Below, in pieces: positions 50,532-60,501 of a stretch of DNA of 64,000 nt. The stretch's first letter is position 1; each line of letters begins with the position of its first letter. The translations under genes were made by a program, and so were the position numbers. The stretch comes from Acidobacteriota bacterium (GTDB taxonomy: Bacteria; Acidobacteriota; UBA6911), in contig OY761556.1 in the NCBI GenBank assembly GCA_963664705.1, positions 1,984,001 to 2,048,000 of the forward strand, in the 5' to 3' direction. Below the pieces are notes generated by a model. It was given only the letters and a program-made list of their open reading frames with translations, did no database searches and was not told the DNA's origin.

Positions 50532-52877
50532 TCAGGTCCGTATCGTAAAGAGAAGAACCAGACCCGCCGCGCCGAAAAGCAGATTCGGAGCCCACGCCGC
50601 CAATACCGGAATCAGCAACCCATAGGCCCCCATCGCCTCGAAAACACCAGAGAGTCCCCAGTAGCTCATGGCAATCGCAATGCTCATCCCAACGCCAAAC
50701 AAGGCCCCCTTCTTCCCTGTCGAAAAGGAAAAGGGAACACCCAGAATGGCCATGACAAGACAACTCAGCGGAAAGGCTATTTTCTTATGGAGCTCAACCT
50801 GTAATTCTGTAGCATTATAGCCAGATTTCAAGAGATCTATAATGCATTTCCTTAACTCGAAATAGGTCATTTTAGCCGACTCTTTTGGCTGGAATATTTC
50901 CTTTTCAAAGTAATCGGCCTTTTCGGGCAACTGACAATACTCCTTGGTTATGCGCCGAAAACCCGTTGCCGCTGATTCATAGTCGCGGACCCAGCCATCC
51001 TCCAGAGTCCAAAGTCCATTTTTATCTACCAGAGCCCGGTTTGCATGGATACGCCGCAGTATCTTCACCTGGTTCATCTCGATATCGTAGATATTGAGAT
51101 CCACAAATGAATGCTGGCTATTGTCAAAATACTCGTAATTATAGATTCGGTTGGCCTCGCCAAAAATCCACTTCCGTTGAAGGCGCATGGCGGTTTGCGG
51201 CGGCTTTCCTTTGATTCTATTATGCAGATCATCCTGGACGCTATTAGCATAGGGAAGGACGTAATCCTGTAGCAGGTAAAGACTTGCGCATAGGCCGCAG
51301 GCAATCAGCAGCACCGGAACGGCAATACGGTAAAGGCTCCATCCACCCGCCTTGATCGCGGTGATTTCCGAATTTTTTTCCAGGATTCCAAAATTAATGA
51401 GAACGCCCAGCAGGACGGACATCGGCACCACAAGCATCAGGATGTGCGGTGTAAAAAAGGTGAAATAATCCAGAACCATGGAAGCGGGGATCTTGTTCTT
51501 GATGATGTCGTCGAGAAGATCAAAGAGCGTGAAAAGAACAAAGAGCGTTCCACAAACCATCAACGACCAGAAGAAATAGCCGAAAAACCCTTTGGAGATA
51601 TAGACATCCAGGACTCTTGGAAATCGGAATCGCGCAACGCGAGCCGTTGATTTAAGTAAACTGTTGTCCATTCCGGCGACGCGGTTCCGAATGCTTTTAA
51701 GGCGTTGATCCCAACCACCAAATCCGATGCGCCAGGAAATCCAGGATAGCATGTGGCCGATGGCATGGCTTTGTTCCACCCGGTAGAAAAAAACCAATCC
51801 AAGCGTAGTCAGGATCAGGTTGGCGCCCCAGGCTCCCAGCCAGGGATTCACTTTTCCCACCGATGCCAGGCGAATGCCGTTGGCAAACAGCATATAAAAA
51901 AGAATGACGAGGACAAGGCTTAATGCAAAGCCCGAGGTACGGCCGCCCCGGTGGGAACCGACTGCGAGGGTTAATCCAAGCAGCGCAAATGGGACGATGG
52001 CAAAAGGAAGCGCAAAACGCCGATTCAGTTCGATCAGTTGTTCCAGCCGCAGTTTGGGCGGCGATGTGCCGAAGGAATGCCATAAATAGGAGGTGCTTTG
52101 CTCGATGACCTTGCGCAGGCGAGTCTCCGTAGGCGAGGAGGTAAACCTGGGGCTCAAAGGAATTGGGATATCGGTGGTATTAAAGGTTGTAAGGGTATCT
52201 TTGCTGGGATCCTCCGGGTCGATGACGTAGCTTTTGCCGCCTTCAAGATGCAGTTGGAGACGCTTGTTGGAGGAATCGCTGACCCAGGATCCCGACTTTG
52301 CCATTATGGTGCGTGGAGACTTGGGGTCCGAGTTGTCGGACAGAAAGACGCGCGCCCAGCGCTGTTTGTCGACAGCGAGATCGTCCAGGTAGAAGACGAT
52401 ATTGGGAAAATCGTCGTTGCCCCCATTAAAAACTCGCGGCTGCACCTGGGAAGTTGCCTGGGTCAGACTAACGCGACTTTTCAGCTGGGCAATAACGTCA
52501 TTTGTTCTGGGAAAGATAACGGTTGTGACGATTCCGGTCATAAGGCCGACGAGCGCCCCAAAGATGAGAATGGGGCGCAGCAGCGTACGGATAGGAACTC
52601 CGCAGGCGCGCAAAGCGGTAATCTGGCTTTCGCCGGAGAGTCCGCTCAGGCCAATCAGAATCCCGATCAGATAGGAAAGAGGGAGAGAAAAGATAAGCGT
52701 TCCCGGAATAATGGCGGCGCTGATCAGGAGAATGGTTCCGAGGGAAGCGTTGCGCGTAATCAGGAGTTCGGAGAGGCTTCCGAGGTATTGAACAGATAGG
52801 ACAAAGGTCAGAATAATAACCGTGATGAAGAAAGGGGGAATGATCGAGATATAGAGGAGCTTATCAATCTTGCTCAT
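50532..52877 (-). CDS. lptFG: Fused LptF-LptG LPS export permease
   Basis: Two tandem YjgP/YjgQ units: EITALRACG-like (SQITALRACG)...AWGANLI and SEITAIKAGG...AWAPNLLF. Confidence 0.88.
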   Translation of the reverse strand: MSKIDKLLYISIIPPFFITVIILTFVLSVQYLGSLSELLITRNASLGTILLISAAIIPGTLIFSLPLSYLIGILIGLSGLSGESQITALRACGVPIRTLLRPILIFGALVGLMTGIVTTVIFPRTNDVIAQLKSRVSLTQATSQVQPRVFNGGNDDFPNIVFYLDDLAVDKQRWARVFLSDNSDPKSPRTIMAKSGSWVSDSSNKRLQLHLEGGKSYVIDPEDPSKDTLTTFNTTDIPIPLSPRFTSSPTETRLRKVIEQSTSYLWHSFGTSPPKLRLEQLIELNRRFALPFAIVPFALLGLTLAVGSHRGGRTSGFALSLVLVILFYMLFANGIRLASVGKVNPWLGAWGANLILTTLGLVFFYRVEQSHAIGHMLSWISWRIGFGGWDQRLKSIRNRVAGMDNSLLKSTARVARFRFPRVLDVYISKGFFGYFFWSLMVCGTLFVLFTLFDLLDDIIKNKIPASMVLDYFTFFTPHILMLVVPMSVLLGVLINFGILEKNSEITAIKAGGWSLYRIAVPVLLIACGLCASLYLLQDYVLPYANSVQDDLHNRIKGKPPQTAMRLQRKWIFGEANRIYNYEYFDNSQHSFVDLNIYDIEMNQVKILRRIHANRALVDKNGLWTLEDGWVRDYESAATGFRRITKEYCQLPEKADYFEKEIFQPKESAKMTYFELRKCIIDLLKSGYNATELQVELHKKIAFPLSCLVMAILGVPFSFSTGKKGALFGVGMSIAIAMSYWGLSGVFEAMGAYGLLIPVLAAWAPNLLFGAAGLVLLFTIRT

Positions 52878-52984
52878 GAATGAAGACTAGCACAGGTCAG
52901 GGAAGAATTGCATCAAGCGCTTGTAAATAAAGGCGTTTCTGGAATTATTATCGTCAAATCAACCAGGATGTTTTTGCAAATATA

Positions 52985-53012
52985 ACTTCTGATAAGATAT
53001 ATTATGTAAACT
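52985..53012. other. dif: dif chromosome dimer resolution site (XerC/XerD target)
   Basis: ACTTCTGATAA-GATATA-TTATGTAAACT: 11-6-11 layout; 24/28 identical to the Bacillus subtilis dif as recalled (ACTTCCTAGAATATATATTATGTAAACT); AT-rich intergenic location. Confidence 0.85.
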
Positions 53013-53116
53013 AAAAATTATTTGTCTGAAACGCAATTATTGCTTTTAGCCACCGGAAATGTCTCACAGAACTCTCCTCCGGAGACTGACTCTCAATTGC
53101 CACTCCTGCCCATTTC

Positions 53117-53614
53117 TTACATCTTATATTTTCCGAGATCTTCGGGATTGAGATTCTCCAGCCATTTCCGGATGTCCTCCGGAGAGCTGCGGTCTGAAGT
53201 CAGAGTGGTGGTTGAAGTGCTGGAGGACTTTGAAATCACGTCCTCGGTGACAAAAATCGGGGAATCTGTTCTCAGAGCCAGCGCAATCGCATCCGATGGC
53301 CGTGAATCGACCGTAATCACCTTTCCCCCGGCATCCAGGAAGATCAGCGCATAGAACGTGTTGTCTTTCAATTCGGTTACCACGATCTTTGTGACTCGTG
53401 CGTTGAGATGATTCAGCAGCCCCTTCATCAGGTCGTGAGTCATAGGCCTCGGGGTATCTACCTTTTCAATCTGGAGAGCAATCGCATTGGCCTCAAAGAT
53501 TCCTACCCAGATCGGAAGCAGCGTATCGCTTGTCGCTTCCTGCAGTACCACGATTGGCGAATTGGTGAGTGGATCCATCATCAGACCTTTTATCTTAAAC
53601 TCGATTTCCTTCAT
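53117..53614 (-). CDS. Bifunctional nuclease family protein (DUF151)
   Basis: LPIWVGIFEA, RPMTHDL and DSRPSDAIALALR. Confidence 0.92.
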   Translation of the reverse strand: MKEIEFKIKGLMMDPLTNSPIVVLQEATSDTLLPIWVGIFEANAIALQIEKVDTPRPMTHDLMKGLLNHLNARVTKIVVTELKDNTFYALIFLDAGGKVITVDSRPSDAIALALRTDSPIFVTEDVISKSSSTSTTTLTSDRSSPEDIRKWLENLNPEDLGKYKM

Positions 53615-53720
53615 GATCCCTCCCGGCCCGGATTTTGAAAATCAGGGGCAAAATCCCGCGCGCCCCGCTGCGCGTCTTCGTTCTGGCAAGATTCCAGTCA
53701 ATACACGCCTTGGCGACAGT

Positions 53721-55040
53721 TCATGCGTTAATTCGGATTCCCTTCAAACTGTTAGGGCTGGCACCCGTGACCTCCACCATGATCAACTGGCCCATTAGGT
53801 CTTCCGGTCCGTCAAAATTGACAATCTTGTTCGTTCCGGTACGTCCCATCAGGTTGAAACGGCTTCGAGCTTTGTCTTCGACGAGCACCTCCACGATCCG
53901 GCCCAGATACGCCTTGTTCTTCTCATGCTGAATTCCCTTCTGGCGTTCCTGGAGCAATTGCAGCCGTCTTCCCTTCTCCTCCTCGGGTACATCGTCCGGG
54001 AAGCTCAGTGCCGCAGTATTCGGCCTCGGCGAGTACTTGAAGGAAAAGGCGCTATCGTATTGTACCTCATCGAGCAAACGCAGAGTATCCTCAAAGTCCG
54101 CTTCGGTTTCGCCCGGAAACCCAACAATAAGATCCGTGGAGATGGCAATTTCACGTGTTGCGCCGTGGATTTTTTTGATGACAGCCATATAGCTGTCTCT
54201 CGTGTAACCACGCCGCATGGTTTTCAGGACGCGTGTCGAACCGGATTGAACGGGCAGATGAATCTGGTTGCAGACTTGCGGACAGGTGATCATCACCTCG
54301 AGCAGCTCATCGGTAAAATCGCTGGGGTGCGGAGAGGTGAATCGAATCCTTTTCAGGCCATCGATTCCGCTCATTTTCCGAAGCAGCTTGGCAAAATTCA
54401 ATCCCCCAGGGGTTCTCTCCCGATAGGAATTTACCGTTTGCCCCAACAGCAGGATTTCGAAATAGCCCTTCGCTACCAGTTCTTCCACTTCAGCCAGAAT
54501 GTTCGAACTCGGTCGTACCCGCTCGGCGCCTCGCGTCAGGGGGACAACGCAGAATGCACATTGGCGGCTGCATCCTTCGCTGACCGTGACGCTGGCGCGC
54601 CATGAATTCTGTCGCAGCACATCCGATGTCTCGACCGGCCCGGGATCCTCATCCAGACGCAACTGCACCAGCGGAAACTCGCCACCAAGGCTCCGTTCGA
54701 CGAGATCTCTCATGACGTGCCCCTTTTGAGGACCCGCCAGGATGTTCACGAAGGGTGCCTTTTTGAGGATCTTTTCTCCCTCCAGCTGCGCCATGCAGCC
54801 CACCACGCCAACAACCATATTCTGCCGATGGTTTTTATGGCGCTTGATTTCGCCCAGGCGCGCATAGACTTTCTGGACCGCCTTTTCCCGGACGCTGCAT
54901 GTATTCAGGATAATGACATCCGCTTCCGAGGCATCGACAGCTTGTTCCATGCCACTATTTCGAAGGCTCCCGGCAATCTTCTCGGAATCCAGATCATTCA
55001 TCTGGCAGCCAAAGGTCTCAATCAAATACTTTTTATTCAT
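53721..55040 (-). CDS. miaB: tRNA-2-methylthio-N6-dimethylallyladenosine synthase
   Basis: TFGCQMN, NTCSVREKA, GCSRQCAFC, FTSPHP, YSPRPNT and C-terminal TRAM domain. Confidence 0.95.
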   Translation of the reverse strand: MNKKYLIETFGCQMNDLDSEKIAGSLRNSGMEQAVDASEADVIILNTCSVREKAVQKVYARLGEIKRHKNHRQNMVVGVVGCMAQLEGEKILKKAPFVNILAGPQKGHVMRDLVERSLGGEFPLVQLRLDEDPGPVETSDVLRQNSWRASVTVSEGCSRQCAFCVVPLTRGAERVRPSSNILAEVEELVAKGYFEILLLGQTVNSYRERTPGGLNFAKLLRKMSGIDGLKRIRFTSPHPSDFTDELLEVMITCPQVCNQIHLPVQSGSTRVLKTMRRGYTRDSYMAVIKKIHGATREIAISTDLIVGFPGETEADFEDTLRLLDEVQYDSAFSFKYSPRPNTAALSFPDDVPEEEKGRRLQLLQERQKGIQHEKNKAYLGRIVEVLVEDKARSRFNLMGRTGTNKIVNFDGPEDLMGQLIMVEVTGASPNSLKGIRINA

Positions 55041-55060
55041 ACGACTAACAGCCACTATTC

Positions 55061-56767
55061 CTATTTCTGAGTTTGCCGCGAGTGCTCGATCATTTCCATT
55101 GCATGTCGGCGTGTGGTTTCGGTGATGGTTTCGCCACCGAGCATTCGTGAGAGTTCCTCAATTCTATCCTTATCGCTGAGTTGCAGCACCACCGTTTCGG
55201 TCCGGTTGCCGACAACCTCTTTGCTGACGTTGAAATGATTGCGGGCAAAGGCTGCAATCTGGGGCAGATGGGTCACACAAAGCACCTGATTCTCTTCCGC
55301 AATGTCCCAGAGCCGCTTCCCCACGGCCTCCGCAACTCTTCCCCCGATCCCGGCGTCCACCTCATCGAATACAAGAGTCCTTCCGGATTCATCTCCGCCG
55401 CAAACCGAGCGGATCGAGAGCATCAAGCGGGACAACTCACCTCCCGAAGCTATCTTCGCAAGCGGTTTCATTTCCTCGCCCTTGTTCGGGGCTATTAAAA
55501 ACTCTACATGGTCGATGCCATTGAGTCCATAAAAAGTCGGAACCTGTGCCTGCACACCGTCATGATTGCGGGGGTGGAACTGCACGCTCATTTCCATGCG
55601 TTCCATTGCGAGGGAAGCAAATTCCCGCCGTATCGCTTTTTCCAGGCCCGCGGCATCCCGTCGACGCTTCTCCGAAAGCTTTTCAGCCAGGGCTTTGTAG
55701 TCATCCAGATCCTGCTGCAGTTCCCGTTGCAGCCTTTCGGCCGAATCCGCATGGCAACCCAACTCATCCAGCTCTTTGATGCAGTTTGCAAGATAGCCCA
55801 GGACATCGGTGGTCGAGCTGGCGTACTTCTTTGTCAGTTTTTCCAGTGCGTATAGCCGTTCTTGCACCTGTTCCAGCCGCTCGGGGCTGAAATCGCAGCC
55901 GGCGGCATAATCCCTGGCGGCAAACGCTACATCCTCGAGCTTGTACCGGCTTTCCTGAAGTGTTTCACGATGAGCGCCCCAGAAAGCATCCAGCCGCGCC
56001 AAATCCTCCATCAGTCTTTCAAGGTGGCTCAGTTGAAGCAGGACAGAAGATTCGCTTTCATACAATGCCGTATAAATCCCGGAAGCAAGACCGAGTATCT
56101 TTTCTCCATTCGCAAGGAGGATCCGCTCATTTTCCAGCGCTTCCTTTTCTCCCGGCTGCGGATTCACGCTGCGGATCTCTTCGATCTGAAACTGAAGAAC
56201 GTCCATGCGGCGCAGACGCTCCTGTTCATTGGTGGCGATGGATTCGAGCATGCGAGCCGTATCGCGAAGCTTCCGGTAGCGGACCTTAACCTCATTCCGC
56301 AGAACAGAGTTGTCGCCATAGGCATCCAGCCACTCGAGATGGGTGGCAAGATCCAAAAGGGTGCGCTGCTCCTGCTGTCCGTGAATATCGGCGAGCTTTT
56401 CGCCAATTTCCTTCAGCGTCGCAACCGTAGCAAGGTGATTATTGAGAAAAACGCGATTTCTCCCGGAGACGGAGATCTCGCGACGGATTAGCAGCGTATT
56501 GTCTTCGGAATCAAAACCGGCATCTGCCAGCATCGCGGAGGCGGGGTGTCCGGATGCAATTTCGAAAAGCCCTTCAACCACCGCACTGTCGCACTCGGAA
56601 CGGATCATTTCCTGGGAAGATCTTGCTCCCAGAAGCAGGCCCAGTGCATCCACAAGGATGGATTTTCCGGAGCCGGTTTCACCGGTCAGCAGGTTCAATC
56701 CGCGGCCGAATTCGATCTCCAGCTCTTTGATCAGGGCCAGATTCCGGATTCGAATCAGACGAAGCAT
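55061..56767 (-). CDS. recN: DNA repair protein RecN
   Basis: TGETGSGKS, DIHGQ, ASGGELSR, FDEVDAG and VTHLPQ. Confidence 0.96.
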   Translation of the reverse strand: MLRLIRIRNLALIKELEIEFGRGLNLLTGETGSGKSILVDALGLLLGARSSQEMIRSECDSAVVEGLFEIASGHPASAMLADAGFDSEDNTLLIRREISVSGRNRVFLNNHLATVATLKEIGEKLADIHGQQEQRTLLDLATHLEWLDAYGDNSVLRNEVKVRYRKLRDTARMLESIATNEQERLRRMDVLQFQIEEIRSVNPQPGEKEALENERILLANGEKILGLASGIYTALYESESSVLLQLSHLERLMEDLARLDAFWGAHRETLQESRYKLEDVAFAARDYAAGCDFSPERLEQVQERLYALEKLTKKYASSTTDVLGYLANCIKELDELGCHADSAERLQRELQQDLDDYKALAEKLSEKRRRDAAGLEKAIRREFASLAMERMEMSVQFHPRNHDGVQAQVPTFYGLNGIDHVEFLIAPNKGEEMKPLAKIASGGELSRLMLSIRSVCGGDESGRTLVFDEVDAGIGGRVAEAVGKRLWDIAEENQVLCVTHLPQIAAFARNHFNVSKEVVGNRTETVVLQLSDKDRIEELSRMLGGETITETTRRHAMEMIEHSRQTQK

Positions 56768-56962
56768 CGGCTAAAAACCCTATTAAAGTTTATGGGTAAC
56801 GCGCGATCCGCAGTCTACCATATTTGGCCATCAGTCGTCAGTGGGGATGAACCGCACAGTTGTTTTGGATCTATCCAGCGACTGCTGACGTATATTCATA
56901 TTCGGAATATCGAACGGCAAGCCTTGCTGACAACCGTCCGCTGACGGCTGAGAACTATTGAC

Positions 56963-57751
56963 ATGCCCGGCATCCTATGGTTACTTCTGGAATTTATTAT
57001 TCACTATTTTCGCGGAGGGACTCCAATCATCCACCCACATACAGTTCTTTTTCAAGTACCACCCTCAACCCCGTTCGGCGGTTCGATCTTTGGTATGATT
57101 GGGCACATCAGCGGGGTTGCACTTTGCATCCTTATCCTGCTCGTGGCATTCTCCATTTTTTCCTGGACGATCATTCTGAGAAAGTGGCTGACATTCCGCC
57201 AGATTGAGCAGAAAAACCAGGCTTTTATCAGCCTGTTCCGGAAAAGCGCGCGGCTCAGCGAAGTGGGCTCCGCCTGCGAAATGTACCGCGGTACGCCTTT
57301 GTCCGGGATTTTCAGCGCCGGGTACCAGGAACTCAACGCGCAGATTCAAACGCTCGGTGCGCAGAAAACCGATCGACCGGTGCTCGTCGAACGGAACTTT
57401 ATCGGAATCCAGAGATCGCTTCAGCGAGCTGCCGCCGCCGAACTGTCGGTCATTGAACGCAGCATGAGCTGGCTGGCAACAACCGGTGCCGTAACCCCCT
57501 TTGTCGGCCTGCTCGGCACCGTGATCGGAATCATGAGCGCATTTCTGGGCCTTGGCGAAGGCACGACGTCGATTCAAGCCGTGGCGCCTGGCATTGCCGA
57601 AGCCCTGATCGCTACGGCCATGGGGCTCTTTGCCGCTATTCCAGCCGTCATCGCGTATAACCAGTTCATCAGCAGGATAAAAAACATTGCGGTTGAAATG
57701 GACGATTTCTCCTCCGAATTCCTGAATCTCGTAGAACGGAGCTTCAGCTGA
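56963..57751 (+). CDS. tolQ: TolQ (MotA/TolQ/ExbB proton channel); start uncertain
   Basis: TPFVGLLGTVIGI and VAPGIAEALIATAMGLFAAIPA; first gene of the tol-pal cluster. Confidence 0.9.
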   Translation: MPGILWLLLEFIIHYFRGGTPIIHPHTVLFQVPPSTPFGGSIFGMIGHISGVALCILILLVAFSIFSWTIILRKWLTFRQIEQKNQAFISLFRKSARLSEVGSACEMYRGTPLSGIFSAGYQELNAQIQTLGAQKTDRPVLVERNFIGIQRSLQRAAAAELSVIERSMSWLATTGAVTPFVGLLGTVIGIMSAFLGLGEGTTSIQAVAPGIAEALIATAMGLFAAIPAVIAYNQFISRIKNIAVEMDDFSSEFLNLVERSFS

Positions 57752-57752
57752 C

Positions 57753-58181
57753 ATGGCCTTCACGACATCGCAAGGAAAAACTGCTACGTCCCTGTCGGAA
57801 ATCAATGTGACACCCCTGGTGGATGTCATGCTGGTGCTGCTCATCATATTCATGGTGACGGCTCCGATGTTGCAGACGGGAATAGAGGTGCAGCTTCCGG
57901 AAACCAGAAATGTTAAAGAAGTGAATCCGGAGCAGCGAATCATCATTTCTATCAGCCGCGATGGGCTCATTTACTATGGAGCGGATGCAATCAAGTTTGC
58001 GTCCATTCCGGGGCGCTTGAAAAAGGATGCCAAAGGCCCGAAGGATGCCATCTTTTTAAGAGCGGACATCGATGTGAAATGGAAGTATATCGTTTCCGTA
58101 ATTGATGCCATTCGCGGTGCGGGCTATAACGAGATTCGTCTGGTTACAAAGCCATTTACCAAAGAAGCAACAAACCGATAG
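57753..58181 (+). CDS. tolR: TolR (ExbD/TolR)
   Basis: SEINVTPLVDVMLVLLIIFMVTAP. Confidence 0.92.
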   Translation: MAFTTSQGKTATSLSEINVTPLVDVMLVLLIIFMVTAPMLQTGIEVQLPETRNVKEVNPEQRIIISISRDGLIYYGADAIKFASIPGRLKKDAKGPKDAIFLRADIDVKWKYIVSVIDAIRGAGYNEIRLVTKPFTKEATNR

Positions 58182-58196
58182 GGCTTCTGATCCGAA

Positions 58197-58994
58197 ATGG
58201 ATAATGATAACCGCAGGGAAACACTGCTGAATATCCCGCTTATCCAGGAGCGCTATGGGAAGTTCTTTATCGCCTCTCTGGGAATCCACGGCATCGTGAT
58301 TCTGATGTTGATTTTCGGCGGATATCTGCTTCCTTCAAATCCTATTATGATCGGCGGCGGTGTGGGGGGCGGGACTGGCGGTGACACCACAACCGTCGGG
58401 GTCGTGGATGAGCTTTCCGGGGGCGCCGGCATGTATAAACCCTCGATTGTTCCCCGTCCGCCGGCTCTTAAGGAAAAGCCCGAACCGAAGGATGAATCCA
58501 AGGCCATTCCACTTCCGCACACTTTGGAATCAAAAAAGAAAAAGCCGGACACCGCGAGAGAAACAAAACCGGCTCCCGATTCCAATGCAATACCGACCGC
58601 TCCGGAACCAGGCTCCGGGGGCGCCGGAGGTCATAGCGGAGGCAGTGGTGGCGGCTTCGGAGGAGGCAGCGGTGTTTCAATTGGCCCGGGATCCGGCGCC
58701 TTTGGGGATTCCATGTATGCGCGGACCGTTGAAAAGAGAATCAGCGATGCCTGGCAAAAGCCGCCCGATAACGTGCACGTCGAAATTGTTTTTAGTTTCC
58801 TCATCCTTGCGAATGGCAAAGTCACAAACATCAAGATGGAAAAATCGTCGGGGAATCCGACTCTGGATAGGTATGCCGAACGCGCGATACTCGACTTGAC
58901 CAATCCACAACGCCCGCTGCCGGCTCCACCGCCGGAATACAGGGGGCGCCCGATAACGTTCGTTGCACAGTTTATCTATCCACCGAGCCAATGA
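58197..58994 (+). CDS. tolA: TolA/TonB-family energy transducer
   Basis: TM helix with SLGIH (SHLS-type motif), Pro/Gly-rich linker, TonB_C domain (KSSGNPTLDRYAERAI); position between tolR and tolB. Confidence 0.78.
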   Translation: MDNDNRRETLLNIPLIQERYGKFFIASLGIHGIVILMLIFGGYLLPSNPIMIGGGVGGGTGGDTTTVGVVDELSGGAGMYKPSIVPRPPALKEKPEPKDESKAIPLPHTLESKKKKPDTARETKPAPDSNAIPTAPEPGSGGAGGHSGGSGGGFGGGSGVSIGPGSGAFGDSMYARTVEKRISDAWQKPPDNVHVEIVFSFLILANGKVTNIKMEKSSGNPTLDRYAERAILDLTNPQRPLPAPPPEYRGRPITFVAQFIYPPSQ

Positions 58995-59014
58995 TCAGTT
59001 TACAAAGGAAAAAA

Positions 59015-60361
59015 ATGGCCGCCAAAATAGTGACATTCACGCTGCTGATCCTCAGCACTGTGCTGCCCTCTCTGTTCACGCAGGATCTCCCGCCGGTAAC
59101 CGTTCGTCCGAAACCAAACGAAGAAGTGATTCTTGCGGTTGTGGATGTTCAGCCTGCCAATAGAGAAAACTCAACCGAGCTTTCGGAGATCATCAAGACC
59201 TTCAATCAGGTTCTATGGGATGATCTCTCGTTTGCCGGGTATTTTACGATGGCCGGCCGCAGTTTTTACCCTCCCAAGCCCATCATTCGGCCGGAGGATC
59301 TGAATTATGACGAGTGGGGCAGTCTGCCGTTCAAAGTGAGCTACCTGTCGGCGGGAACCCTGAATATCACGGGTGGAACCCTCCGGGCAGAGCTTCGCAT
59401 CTTTGACATGAAGGGCCGGCAACCGGGCCCCGGGCAGATCATTACCGGAGATCCGGCTCAGATCCGGACAATCGCTCACCGCTGGGCGGATGAGATCGTT
59501 TATCAGTTGACCGCCGGAGCATCCAGAGGTATCGCATCCACGAAGATTGCCTATGTTTCCAGGAAAGGAAATGCCAAGGAGATCTACATCGCCGATTATG
59601 ACGGGTTTAATGCCCAGGCATTCACCCATAGCGGGACGCTGAATCTGTTTCCGAACTGGGCTCCCGACAACTCCAAGTTGGCGTTTGTCACCTATCGCAC
59701 CGGCAAGCCCGAAATCAACATCTATTCATATCTGGATGGCTCCAGGCTTCAATTCCCGATCTTCAACTCGCTGGCCTCAACCCCGGCCATAGCCCCGGAC
59801 GGAACCGAAATCGCCTATGCGCTCAGAACGCCGCGTGGGGATACTGATCTGTATATTTCAAAACTGGATGGCTCCGACCGGAGGGACATTACCAACAACC
59901 CCTCTATCGATACTTCCCCAACATGGTCCCCATCAGGACGTCAGATAGCTTTTGCCACTGACAGGATCCAGACAGGGGCGACCCAGATTCACATCTGTGA
60001 TGTCGACGGCACCAACGTAAGGAGAATTGTCAAAGAAGGTGGAGACTCCGATTCCCCGGCATGGTCTCCGGACGGAAAGTTTATTGCGTTTCACTGGAAG
60101 CCGCGGCTGAGCACCAGCTACGACATCTTCATTGCCGAGGTCAGCACCGGGAGGATCCGTCAACTGACCAGCGGCAGCGGCAGCAACGAGGGACCGACCT
60201 GGGCGCCAGATAGCCGGCATATTTCCTTTCAATCGAATCGTACGGGAACGACTCAGCTTTATATTATGCTTTTGGATGGATCCGAGCTCCGCATGATAAC
60301 CAAGCAGGGGAATAACAGCAGCCCCGCGTGGAGCGGCTATTTCCGTTCCGCGGAAAAATAG
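59015..60361 (+). CDS. tolB: Tol-Pal beta-propeller protein TolB
   Basis: AHRWADEI, TKIAYVS and PD40 repeats (PNWAPD, PTWSPSG, PAWSPDG). Confidence 0.93.
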   Translation: MAAKIVTFTLLILSTVLPSLFTQDLPPVTVRPKPNEEVILAVVDVQPANRENSTELSEIIKTFNQVLWDDLSFAGYFTMAGRSFYPPKPIIRPEDLNYDEWGSLPFKVSYLSAGTLNITGGTLRAELRIFDMKGRQPGPGQIITGDPAQIRTIAHRWADEIVYQLTAGASRGIASTKIAYVSRKGNAKEIYIADYDGFNAQAFTHSGTLNLFPNWAPDNSKLAFVTYRTGKPEINIYSYLDGSRLQFPIFNSLASTPAIAPDGTEIAYALRTPRGDTDLYISKLDGSDRRDITNNPSIDTSPTWSPSGRQIAFATDRIQTGATQIHICDVDGTNVRRIVKEGGDSDSPAWSPDGKFIAFHWKPRLSTSYDIFIAEVSTGRIRQLTSGSGSNEGPTWAPDSRHISFQSNRTGTTQLYIMLLDGSELRMITKQGNNSSPAWSGYFRSAEK

Positions 60362-60501
60362 TGAATTTTCTGACGATGTGTTTTCCGGCATCGGGCTGCG
60401 TGCTATACTCCGATTGATCGGATATAAATCCGTATCCGGGAGCACTGCTATTAATCAAACCTCGACGAAAACCAGAAACACGTGATGAAGGAGATACCGC
60501 A

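Noticed and set aside
56770-56960. LexA box upstream of recN
   Set aside because: No CTGT-N8-ACAG, GAAC-N4-GTTC or GTTC-N7-GTTC match found by eye; only a short ATATTC-G-GAATAT palindrome.
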